From an uncultured Acidobacteriota bacterium (GTDB lineage: Bacteria > Acidobacteriota > Thermoanaerobaculia > Multivoradales > UBA5704): a stretch of DNA of 64,000 nucleotides. Both the position numbers and the translations under genes were made by a program. This document shows, piece by piece, positions 9,735-18,902 of this stretch. Every line of letters starts with the position of its first letter. The first letter of the stretch is position 1. The stretch spans positions 4,000,001 to 4,064,000 of the forward strand of contig CAVYRF010000002.1 in assembly GCA_963770895.1 (NCBI GenBank), given 5' to 3'. Below the pieces are notes generated by a model. The model saw only the letters and a program-made list of their open reading frames with translations. It did not search any database and was not told the DNA's origin.

Positions 9735-12700
9735 GGAGAGCGCCACCCGAAAGCCAATCGAGTCACTCCAGGTATTGGGCACGTTTCTGCTGCGGAAAGC
9801 GCAGCGCACGCGCTTCGCATTGTCCAGAAATGCCCCACCGCGCAGGACGCGGGGAGCTGTTGCCTTGGCGTCCAAATCCTCCCGCGCGTCGGCGTCCAGG
9901 TACGGATAGGGAGACCATGGCCGCGGGATCACTCCCGCCAAGCTCCGTGTCCACTCCCAGACGTTGCCGCACATCTCCTCGCAGCCGAAGGGGCTCGCTC
10001 CGCCATGGAAGCTGCCCACCGCGCTCCTCTCGAAGAGTCCGGTGGCGCTGAAGTTCGCTCGATTGGGATCCGGTTCACCTCCCCATGGGTACATCCGGCG
10101 GTCGTTGCCGCGCGCCGCCTTTTCCCACTCTGCCTCGGAGGGAAGGCTCGGGCGGATACGTCCTGCAGCCAGATCGGCTCCAAACGCGCCCAGGCATCCT
10201 TGCTGCCGCTGCAGCTCCTGCCCCAGCTCTCGCAGGCGCTCTTCCAGCCACCGCGAATAGGCAAGCGCATCACCCCAGCTGACGCGCACCACCGGGTGGT
10301 TTTCGGGACCATCCAGGCTGCCGAGGTCTGCTGGTCGATAGCCGCGGTCCCGCACGAACACTCGGAACTGTCCGACCGTCACCGGAAAACGTGCCATCCA
10401 GAAGAGGGGCAGTTTGACCTCGTGACACGGCATCTCTCGGTCCGCGGCCTGTGGATCGTCTTGCTTGTTGCTGCCCATACCGAAAAACCCCTCAGGAATT
10501 GGCACAAACCCGAGGAACGGCTCCTGCGACAGGCTCCACCGCGAAGCGTCGAAGCGCGGGTCCCCGATCGCGGCCAGCGCCGTCCCGGCCGCGCAACGCT
10601 CCCGGACTGGAAAGGACTCGGACTGGAGCAGGTGGAGGAGCCACCGCCGCAGCCGCTCGAGCTTGTTGCGGCGTGCCTTTTTGGGCGCCTGCGGAAGGTG
10701 CGCCGACTCCGCGACCAGCTGACCGGCGAGCAGGGCACCCCAATCATCGGCGGGTCCGCACTGGGGCTCCCCTGGTTCTCTCCGGCAGAGCGCATCCGCC
10801 AGATACCAGGCACTTGCTACGGCGCCGCGTGCTGCCTTGGCTCCCGCCAGCAGCACCGCCTCGCGCCAGCGCAGGGGATCCTCGCGACCCAGCCGCGCGG
10901 CCTCGCCCGGAAAGCCCTCTCCGGTGAGGTGACAAGCCGCCAGATACTCCTGAAACACCCGGTGTGCGAACGTATAGATCCCCTGGCTCCGCTCAACCAG
11001 CAGGCCGGCACGGTCCCGCAGGTAGGCCACGAGTTGCAGAGCATCCGCTCCGGGTTTGTGACTCACGCGAAAGAGACGGCCGAGCAGTCGACCCTCATCT
11101 ACGTCGCCGGTGCCTGAGAGCTCCGGTTGGGCACGCTGCGCTTCGAAGGCGAGCTCTTCGAGGACCTGTCGCACCTTCTGGCGATCCGCCTCGAGCCACT
11201 CGGACAAGCTCGGCTGCGGTAGCACCGGTTTGCCACTTTCGTCGAGCTCCATCCTCTGCCGTTCCCTGGTATTGAGGATGAGCTCGACCGCTTCAGAGTA
11301 GAGCTCTTCCCGCCGTTCAGGGAGGCTGCCACCGCGAGACATCTGGAGGCTCGCCATCAGTTTCAGCAGCAGTGGCGCCTCGGCAAGGGCGAGCAAACGG
11401 TCGCTGCGGGAGATGTCCCGTCGCAGCAGCTCGGCACGTCCCTCGGCGTCCTCCCTGTGGAACCTTCCAAGCGCTGTCACCTGTTGATACCAGAGTCCGA
11501 TAAACCGATCGATCTGCCACAGGCTGAACGGCGCCAGTACTGCCTCCTCGAAACCTGAGAGACGAGACGGTTCTTGATAGGCATAGGTCCGGCTGGTCAC
11601 CAGCACTCGGCTCTCTCCCAGAGCCTGGCAGAAATCCTCGACGACGCGGCGAACCTGCTCGCGAAGCCGATCCCCCTCCGGGACCTCGTCCAGCCCATCC
11701 AAGAGCAGCAGGCCTCTTCCGGTCAGCAGGGCGTTACGGACCAGCGAAAATGCCTCCCGAAGTCCGGCGGCGGCCAATTCACGCTCGATAAACCCCCACA
11801 AGATCATCGCCGTCGGCCGGTCACCCGATCTCGCCAGCCCTCGCGCCGCGAGGTCATGCAGCGAAATCCGCACCGGCAGGAGGCCGCCGTGATCCCAGGG
11901 CTGTGGCACCTCAGTGCGACTCCCGCGGTCCGTAGGCAGCGGCTCGGAGAGCAGCCGCAAATTGATCTCCGGCCGCCCCAGCGCCTCGCCGGACAAGCAC
12001 AGAGCCACGAAGTTGACGAATGTGGTCTTGCCGCTGCCAGGCTCGCCGAGAAGCACCAGGCGTTTGTGGGTGTTAAGTTGCCCCAATGCCGAGAGCCGGC
12101 CTCTCGGCTTGCCCGCGCGATCGCCTTTCTCCAGCGGAGATCGGGTCATCAGGGCGGTATAGACGGCGTGGAGATGCAAGCGGATCTCGCGGTCGGGATT
12201 CGCTACCACGGGTTCGAAGGTCGGGCCCAGGAAACCCGTCTGTTCGATGAGACGGTTCAGGTAGCCGGTCAACGCCGCGGCTTCGTCCAGCCTCTGCGAC
12301 GAGTTGGCCGACTGCACCACCTGTTCGCCGGCGAGCCCACCTGTGGCCGGTCGTGCCGAGTGGATCTGCTGCTGCAGCAGGTTGGTGACGACCATCGTCG
12401 CAAGCTTCTGCGGTTCCCGGAAAAAGCCCACGGCCTCCTCGCGCTGGACCCGCTCCCTGAAGCGGCGCTGCCGCTCCCTTGCTTCTGCAGAATCGAACAT
12501 GTTGTGCGGCAGCATAAAATCCTCTTCCGCCAAAAACATGCACCGCCGCTTCCCGGTCTTCGTTGCCTCCTCGTACTCGACTTCCGTGTAAGACAGCTCA
12601 CTGCCTTCCGGCCGGCTGCCATGCAGGACGCCGACCAGCCCTACGTAGACGTCACAGCTCGCCACTCGCGACCTGCACACGTCTACGGGTTGGCCTCCGG

Positions 12701-12824
12701 CAGGGAAATCTTCCATGCTCTCGCAGTGATGCCCAGCCTTCGAGATCGCTTCCCGGACCGCGTCGCGGTGCGCCTGAAGGTCTTTCGCCGTCGAGCTCAA
12801 GAACACGGTGGTATAGTTCGCCAT
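9705..12824 (-). CDS. DUF4062 - NACHT NTPase - FGE-sulfatase/CLec-fold protein (NLR-like)
   Basis: VFLSST..DL...R and SYTEVEY (DUF4062); GEPGSGKTT Walker A and LLLLDGLDEV Walker B; LPSEAEWEKAARG, GNVWEW, RVLRGG and GFRV (FGE-like). Confidence 0.88.
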   Translation of the reverse strand: MANYTTVFLSSTAKDLQAHRDAVREAISKAGHHCESMEDFPAGGQPVDVCRSRVASCDVYVGLVGVLHGSRPEGSELSYTEVEYEEATKTGKRRCMFLAEEDFMLPHNMFDSAEARERQRRFRERVQREEAVGFFREPQKLATMVVTNLLQQQIHSARPATGGLAGEQVVQSANSSQRLDEAAALTGYLNRLIEQTGFLGPTFEPVVANPDREIRLHLHAVYTALMTRSPLEKGDRAGKPRGRLSALGQLNTHKRLVLLGEPGSGKTTFVNFVALCLSGEALGRPEINLRLLSEPLPTDRGSRTEVPQPWDHGGLLPVRISLHDLAARGLARSGDRPTAMILWGFIERELAAAGLREAFSLVRNALLTGRGLLLLDGLDEVPEGDRLREQVRRVVEDFCQALGESRVLVTSRTYAYQEPSRLSGFEEAVLAPFSLWQIDRFIGLWYQQVTALGRFHREDAEGRAELLRRDISRSDRLLALAEAPLLLKLMASLQMSRGGSLPERREELYSEAVELILNTRERQRMELDESGKPVLPQPSLSEWLEADRQKVRQVLEELAFEAQRAQPELSGTGDVDEGRLLGRLFRVSHKPGADALQLVAYLRDRAGLLVERSQGIYTFAHRVFQEYLAACHLTGEGFPGEAARLGREDPLRWREAVLLAGAKAARGAVASAWYLADALCRREPGEPQCGPADDWGALLAGQLVAESAHLPQAPKKARRNKLERLRRWLLHLLQSESFPVRERCAAGTALAAIGDPRFDASRWSLSQEPFLGFVPIPEGFFGMGSNKQDDPQAADREMPCHEVKLPLFWMARFPVTVGQFRVFVRDRGYRPADLGSLDGPENHPVVRVSWGDALAYSRWLEERLRELGQELQRQQGCLGAFGADLAAGRIRPSLPSEAEWEKAARGNDRRMYPWGGEPDPNRANFSATGLFERSAVGSFHGGASPFGCEEMCGNVWEWTRSLAGVIPRPWSPYPYLDADAREDLDAKATAPRVLRGGAFLDNAKRVRCAFRSRNVPNTWSDSIGFRVALSSWAAVRPEP

Positions 12825-13103
12825 CGGCAACCTCTCGTTTCACGAGATTGTAGCAAGTGAATACTCGCCGAGACGCCTCGCCCGCTTGCCCGCCTTCTGG
12901 CCTGGCTTGCCATGGAGTCCGTTTGCTTCCCTGCCGCCAGGGTATGATAGTGGTCTGGGCCGTCTGGACGTGCAGGTGCTGACAGCTTTGCCGGCCAGAC
13001 TTGCGGTCGGAGGACTCAGCCGTTGACAGGACAGCCTCCAACATTGTCGGCGGGGCGACAGGGCGCCGTGCAAGTGCTTCCGGGCACGGTCGAGCAGCAG
13101 GCC

Positions 13104-15755
13104 ATGATCGCGGCGAACAAGCCATCCCATGACAGCGAGGCTGCGGTTTGCTGCCTGCACCACCTGTTCGAAGCGGCCGTGCGAAGCTGTCCGGATGGGG
13201 TGGCGGTCATTGCCGATGGTGTCGAGGTGCGGTACCGCGACCTCGACGGCCGCGCTGATCGGCTATGTCACCTGCTGCGTAGAAGCGGCGTTCGCGCCGA
13301 ATCCACGGTCGCGATCTGCTGCGAACGCTCGCTCGACATGGTCGTCGCCGTGCTGGGCGTTCTCAAGGCCGGCGGGGCTTACGTCGGTCTCGATCCGGAA
13401 CTGCCGACGGCGCGTCTCGAGCTGATGCTCGAGGACAGCAAGCCGATGGCGCTCATAACGCAGGAGCACACAAGGCATCGCCTGCATGGATTCCGCGGCG
13501 CGACCATCTGCATCGATCTCGAAGAGGGCGTGATCGACGGGGAAATGCCGCCGTTCATGCCGCCGGTCTCCGTCAGCGCCGGTAACCTCGCATACCTGGT
13601 CTACACCTCCGGTTCCACAGGCCGTCCGAAGGCGGTCATCGGAACGCACGGCAGCGCAGCGTCCTATCTGCGATTCATCGTTCACGCCTACGGGCTGCGG
13701 GCAGGCGACCGCGTTCTGCAACTCGCGTCGCTCAGTTTCGATGCCGCCGTCAGAGACCTGCTTGGCCCCCTGGCGGCGGGGGCGAGCCTGGTCCTGATGG
13801 AACCAGGGAAAGCCAAAGATCCCGTCGCACTCATCTCCGCCATCGAAGAACATCAGGTTACCTGTCTCCTCAGCATCGTGCCGAGCATGTTTCGGATACT
13901 GCTCGCGACGTCCTGCGCGAGCATCTCGCGTACAGCACCAACCCTGCGCCTGGTGCTCGTCAGCGGTGAACGCTTCTTCGTCGCTGACGCTCTGCGGGCG
14001 CGCCGCGCCCTTGGCCCGGCACTCGAGATCGTCAATCAATACGGACCCACCGAGTGCACCATGACTTCGAGCTTCTATCGCGTTACCGAGGCGGATGACC
14101 ATGTCCCGGAGGCCCCGATTGGCGGCCCTGTACCCGGTTGCCGCCTCAGCGTCCTCGTGGACTGGCAGCCGGTGCGGCTGGGCGTGCCGGGAGAGCTCTA
14201 CATCGGCGGCACTGGCGTCAGCCGCGGCTACTACGGGCATCCAGACCTTACGGCCGAGCGGTTCCTCCCTGACCCCTTCGCGCCGTCTCCTGGTGAGCGC
14301 ATGTATGCCACCGGCGATCTGGTGTGCTGCCTGCCGAACGGCGCACTCAGTTTTCTTGGCCGCATCGATGCGCAGGTCAAGTTGCACGGCCATCGCATCG
14401 AGCCCATCGAAGTCGAGATGGAGCTATGCCGTCATCCGAGTGTGCTGCAGGCAGCGGTAGCAGTAAGGGAAGACAGGCTGGGGGATCAGCGGCTCGTCGC
14501 CTATGTCGTGCCTCGCGCCGGAGAGCCACCGGTCGCCGAATTGCGCGAGAGCTTGGAGCAGAAGCTCCCTGCATGCATGGTGCCCACCATATTCGTGACC
14601 CTGGCGAAGCTGCCGGTGACCGCCAATGGCAAGCTCGATAGGCATTCCCTGCCAGCGCCCGAAGAGACAGTAGAAAAGATATGCACCGCATCAGCCATGC
14701 CGCGCAGTCCGCTCGAGCAGCAGGTAGCGCAGATCTGGCAAGAGGTTCTCGGCGTCGCGCCGATTGGCGTCCACGACGGGTTCTTCGACCTGGGAGGCGA
14801 CTCCATCCTGGCCATGCTGCTGATGGCTCGCATACAGGAGCGCTTTGGTAAAGCCTTGCCGCAGGACGAGCTTTTTCAAAATGGCACGATCGCCGGTCTG
14901 GCAAAGGCCCTGGACACGGGCACCAGCTCTCCATCTTTAGTAAAGCCCCTTAGAGTGGCCGGCAAGCACCCTCCCTTCTTTTTGATGCATCCTGCCGGAG
15001 GCACCGTGTTCCGGTACGAGCAACTGCTGCACCATATGGACCCAGAGCAGCCGGTGTTCGGCCTCCAAGCGCGAGGCGTGGACGACGACGGAGATCCGTG
15101 TATGCGGGTCGACGAGATGGCACAGCTGTACCTGGATGCCATCTTTGCCGTTCAGCGCCGCGGACCCTACCGGCTCGCCGGCTGGTCATTCGGCGGCTAC
15201 GTCGCTTTTGAGATGGCATGCCGTCTGGAGCGGCAAGGCGAAAAGGTGGATGTTCTCGCATTGATCGATACTCATGCCCCTGGCTATCGCCGGGAGCGAG
15301 AGGACGGGGAGGTCAGGAATCTCGTTCGGTTGGGTCAGCGGCTTGGTCTCGACCTGATTGCGCAGGAACTGAGAGATCTTGGCCCTGAGCAACTGTTGCC
15401 TCACGTCGCGAAGATGGCAGAGAAGGTCGGCCTGCCAGCCAGGGAGCATGCTCTCAAGTCCGTAGCTCGTTTGATGCAGGTTTACAGGTCGAATACCAAG
15501 GCGGCGCAGGAGTACATCCCCAGCGGTACGTATTCTGGCCGCATCAACTTGCTCAGCGCCGCCGAGGGGTTGCCGGCGGCCGAGGCGCGGCCGGTGTCGG
15601 ACGTTGCCGGCCAGGGTTGGAATCGCTTCACTGCCAAGCAAGTTGAGGTTCAGGTGGTCCCGGGAAAGCACTCCACGATCATCGATGGACCTCAGGCAGC
15701 CTATGTCGCAGAAGTGTTGAACCAAATTTTGGCAGACACCCGTGGCGGACCTTGA
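13104..15755 (+). CDS. Stand-alone NRPS, A-T-TE
   Basis: YTSGSTGRPK, YGPTE and TGD (A domain); FFDLGGDSI (T domain); GWSFGG (TE); start codon uncertain. Confidence 0.92.
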   Translation: MIAANKPSHDSEAAVCCLHHLFEAAVRSCPDGVAVIADGVEVRYRDLDGRADRLCHLLRRSGVRAESTVAICCERSLDMVVAVLGVLKAGGAYVGLDPELPTARLELMLEDSKPMALITQEHTRHRLHGFRGATICIDLEEGVIDGEMPPFMPPVSVSAGNLAYLVYTSGSTGRPKAVIGTHGSAASYLRFIVHAYGLRAGDRVLQLASLSFDAAVRDLLGPLAAGASLVLMEPGKAKDPVALISAIEEHQVTCLLSIVPSMFRILLATSCASISRTAPTLRLVLVSGERFFVADALRARRALGPALEIVNQYGPTECTMTSSFYRVTEADDHVPEAPIGGPVPGCRLSVLVDWQPVRLGVPGELYIGGTGVSRGYYGHPDLTAERFLPDPFAPSPGERMYATGDLVCCLPNGALSFLGRIDAQVKLHGHRIEPIEVEMELCRHPSVLQAAVAVREDRLGDQRLVAYVVPRAGEPPVAELRESLEQKLPACMVPTIFVTLAKLPVTANGKLDRHSLPAPEETVEKICTASAMPRSPLEQQVAQIWQEVLGVAPIGVHDGFFDLGGDSILAMLLMARIQERFGKALPQDELFQNGTIAGLAKALDTGTSSPSLVKPLRVAGKHPPFFLMHPAGGTVFRYEQLLHHMDPEQPVFGLQARGVDDDGDPCMRVDEMAQLYLDAIFAVQRRGPYRLAGWSFGGYVAFEMACRLERQGEKVDVLALIDTHAPGYRREREDGEVRNLVRLGQRLGLDLIAQELRDLGPEQLLPHVAKMAEKVGLPAREHALKSVARLMQVYRSNTKAAQEYIPSGTYSGRINLLSAAEGLPAAEARPVSDVAGQGWNRFTAKQVEVQVVPGKHSTIIDGPQAAYVAEVLNQILADTRGGP

Positions 15756-16728
15756 CAGGATGCTCGTCGATGACCCTGCTCAGCGGGCCGCCTTGCCCGC
15801 CGTGGTGGAGGAATGCGTTGCCGCGGTCGACGGACCTGCCAGGTTTCTCGAGATGTACCGTCGGCGGGAAGACCAGATCGAGGAGCAGCTTCTTGTCCAG
15901 GGTGCCATACTCTTTCGCGGCTTCTCGATCGATCAAGACGGGAGTTTCGAGCGGCTGATGCGTTCATTGCCTGGACGGCTGTTGGACTACGTCGACGGAA
16001 ACTCGCCGCGGAAAATGCTGGCCCAGGGGGTCTATACTTCCACCGAATATCCTTCGCAATATTTCATATCGTTGCACAACGAGCTGTCGTATGCTGCGGC
16101 TTGGCCCACGCGTCTCTATTTTTGCTGTGTTGTCGAGCCACAAGACGGCGGCGAGACGCCGCTGGCAGACAGCAGGCGGATTCTCGCGCGACTCGATCAG
16201 GGCCTGGTGGAGACGTTTGTCACCAAGAAAGTGAAGTACATCCGGAATCTACACGGCGGCCGGGGCTTCGGACCATCGTGGCAGACCACCTTCGCGACCG
16301 GCGATCGCCAGGCTGTGGAGCGGCTCTGTCGCGACACCGGCAGCGAGCTGGAGTGGAACGGAGACGGCAGCTTGACGCTGTCCAGCGTGCGCCCTGCGAT
16401 CGCCGCTCATCCTAAGACGGGCGAGTTGGTGTGGTTCAACCAAGCGGACCAGTTTCACCCCTCTACCCACCCCAAGCAGATCTACGACGCCATGATGCTG
16501 CTGTACGAGGGCCGAGAGAACCGGCTGCCCCAATACGTGCGATTCGGCGACGACAGCCCCATTCCTCGTGAGATGCTGGATGCCGTTCGGGCCGCGGTCA
16601 AGGCCGAGACTCACACCTTTCGGTGGCGCAAGGGCGATCTGCTGATGCTTGACAACATGCTCATCAGCCACGGCCGGGCGCCATTCAAGGGACCTCGTAA
16701 AATCCTCGTCTCGATGACCGACTACTAG
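15742..16728 (+). CDS. TauD/TfdA-family Fe(II)/2-oxoglutarate dioxygenase, SyrP-like
   Basis: VYTSTEYP, HNELSY (HxE), GGETPLAD, WFNQA, DNMLISHGR; overlaps the NRPS stop. Confidence 0.88.
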   Translation: MADLDRMLVDDPAQRAALPAVVEECVAAVDGPARFLEMYRRREDQIEEQLLVQGAILFRGFSIDQDGSFERLMRSLPGRLLDYVDGNSPRKMLAQGVYTSTEYPSQYFISLHNELSYAAAWPTRLYFCCVVEPQDGGETPLADSRRILARLDQGLVETFVTKKVKYIRNLHGGRGFGPSWQTTFATGDRQAVERLCRDTGSELEWNGDGSLTLSSVRPAIAAHPKTGELVWFNQADQFHPSTHPKQIYDAMMLLYEGRENRLPQYVRFGDDSPIPREMLDAVRAAVKAETHTFRWRKGDLLMLDNMLISHGRAPFKGPRKILVSMTDY

Positions 16729-17011
16729 TGGGCGGGCGGCGCCGAAACGAAGCGGACGCACGGACGAGGCGGGAGGGCAGCGACTGGATGGTCAGGAGCG
16801 GCATCAGGTTTGCTTCGCTCGCGATGCAAATCACGATGCGACTGGTCCTGGGCATCAGGCGCCCGCTATGTGGAGCAGGGTCACCAGAAGGGAAACGTCG
16901 TCGTTACGGTCACCCACGAAGGTGCGTGAGCGGCAACCTGCCAGGATGCCGGAGGTCGGGAGTCGGGGCGGCGGGCGACAATGCGAACACGATCCGGAGA
17001 GGAGTGGTTTC

Positions 17012-18790
17012 ATGCTGACGCTGCGATCCAAGGCCATGACTCCCCGCCGCCGCGAGCGGTGCGGACGCTTGGTGTTGGTTTCCTTGTTGTTCCTCGCCGC
17101 CGGGCCTGCCGCCGGACCCTTGAGGCTCGCGGCCTCGCCCGCCGCCGCTGCGGTTTTGTCTCCGGCGCCGGATGCGGCGTCTCTTGCGGCCGCGCTCGAT
17201 GCCATGCTGGCCGCTACGTTTCCGGCCGACCGGCCGGGCGCCGCGGTGCTGGTCAAGCGAGGCGACGAGGTGCTGCTGCGCAAGGGGTACGGCATGGCCA
17301 ACCTGGAGCTGGGGGTCGCGCTCCAGCCGGACAGCGTGTTCGAGATCGGGTCGATCACGAAGCAGTTCACCGCCGCCGGCATTCTGCTGCTCGCCGAACG
17401 CGGCCAGCTGCGCCTCGACGACGACATCACCCGCTACCTGACGGACTTCCCCACGCACGGCAAGAAGATCACGATCCAGCACCTGCTCACCCACACATCC
17501 GGCATCGTCGACTACACCCACCTGCCGGAGTGGGCGGCGCACGTCCGCGACGACCTGCCGCCCGCGTCGGTTGCCGCTCTCTTCAAGGACAGGGCGCTCG
17601 ATTTTTCTCCCGGGGAGCGGTGGGCTTACGACAACTCGGGATATTTCCTGCTCGGCATGGTGATCGAGAAGGTGGCCGGCAAGACCTACGGACAGTTCCT
17701 GATGGACGAGATCTTCCGGCCGCTGGGCATGAAAAGCACCCGCTACGGCAGCAACGTCGATCTCATTCTCCACCGCGCCTACGGCTATGAAAAAGCGGGC
17801 GACCGGTTCGTCAACGCCGAGTATTACAGCATGACCCAGCCCTTCGCCGCCGGCGCCCTGGTCTCGAGCGTCGACGACCTCGCGATCTGGGACCGGGCGC
17901 TCTATGGCGAGTCGCTGCTCAAGAAGGCCACGCTGCAGCAGATGTTCACCCCAGGCCGGCTGAGCTCCGGCGTCTCGACCCGCTACGCCAACGGCTGGGC
18001 CTTCGGCAGCCTCGGCGAGCACGCCGTGGTGTGGCACAACGGCAGCATCCCCGGTTTCGCGACGGCACTGCTGCGCGTTCCCGACCCGCGCTTGCTCGTG
18101 GTCGTGCTGTCCAATGACGCGAGCCACCAGCCGTCGCCCGACGCCTTGGCGAGGCGCCTCGCTTCCCGCGTGCTGGGCGTGCCGGACCGGCCGCCCGCCT
18201 TGGCGGGCGGCGCGCTCGACGCCGCGGACCTGGACGGGTATGCCGGCGTCTACGTCGACCAGGACCAGGTGAAGCGGATGGTGTCACGCGACGGCGGCCG
18301 CCTGTTCGCACAGCGCCAGGGCGGCGAGAAGTTCGAGCTGCTGCCGGCCGCGCGCGATCGCTTCGTCTACCAGGACAATTCCGCCGGGCTGACCTTCCAG
18401 CGCGACGTCCAGGGACGCGTCAGCGGCGCGCTGTTCGACCCCGGCGTTGGCCCCGAGCTGGCGCTGCGCAGGAGCGCCGAGGCCCCGCCCGCCGAGCGCC
18501 AGGCCATCGCGGTTTCGGCGGCGCTGGCGGCGCTCTTCGACGGCTACGCCGGCGCCTATGAGCTCGCTCCCGGCTTCGTGCTCACCATCACTCGCGACGG
18601 CGACCACCTCTTCGCCCAGGCCACCGGCCAGTCCAGGTTCGAGATCTTCCCCGCGTCGGAGACCCGTTTTTTCCTCAAGGTCGTCGACGCCGAGATCGAG
18701 TTCACGCCCGCTCCCACGGCCGGCGGCCGCTCGCCGCGGCTGGTGCTGCACCAGGGAGGCCGGGACATGCCAGGAGAGCGGACCCGCTGA
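17012..18790 (+). CDS. Secreted serine hydrolase, beta-lactamase/AmpC family, with DUF3471-like C-terminal domains
   Basis: Signal peptide; SITK (SxxK), YDN (YxN), HNG; LLTHTSG. Confidence 0.88.
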   Translation: MLTLRSKAMTPRRRERCGRLVLVSLLFLAAGPAAGPLRLAASPAAAAVLSPAPDAASLAAALDAMLAATFPADRPGAAVLVKRGDEVLLRKGYGMANLELGVALQPDSVFEIGSITKQFTAAGILLLAERGQLRLDDDITRYLTDFPTHGKKITIQHLLTHTSGIVDYTHLPEWAAHVRDDLPPASVAALFKDRALDFSPGERWAYDNSGYFLLGMVIEKVAGKTYGQFLMDEIFRPLGMKSTRYGSNVDLILHRAYGYEKAGDRFVNAEYYSMTQPFAAGALVSSVDDLAIWDRALYGESLLKKATLQQMFTPGRLSSGVSTRYANGWAFGSLGEHAVVWHNGSIPGFATALLRVPDPRLLVVVLSNDASHQPSPDALARRLASRVLGVPDRPPALAGGALDAADLDGYAGVYVDQDQVKRMVSRDGGRLFAQRQGGEKFELLPAARDRFVYQDNSAGLTFQRDVQGRVSGALFDPGVGPELALRRSAEAPPAERQAIAVSAALAALFDGYAGAYELAPGFVLTITRDGDHLFAQATGQSRFEIFPASETRFFLKVVDAEIEFTPAPTAGGRSPRLVLHQGGRDMPGERTR

Positions 18791-18902
18791 CCGCAGATTC
18801 CAGTGCTGTCTGGATTCCGCGAAGGTGGGCCATACACCGCCGTGCCACGTTCGGGAAGGCCGGGCGCACTGGCATTTGCAACCACTTGGGAGCGAGGTGC
18901 CG

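Noticed and set aside
9740-9860. Active DGR variable region in the FGE/CLec tail
   Set aside because: No reverse transcriptase or template repeat in the window, and several variable-position codons (CTG, GTG, TCG) do not fit simple AAY-derived mutagenesis; action in trans remains untested
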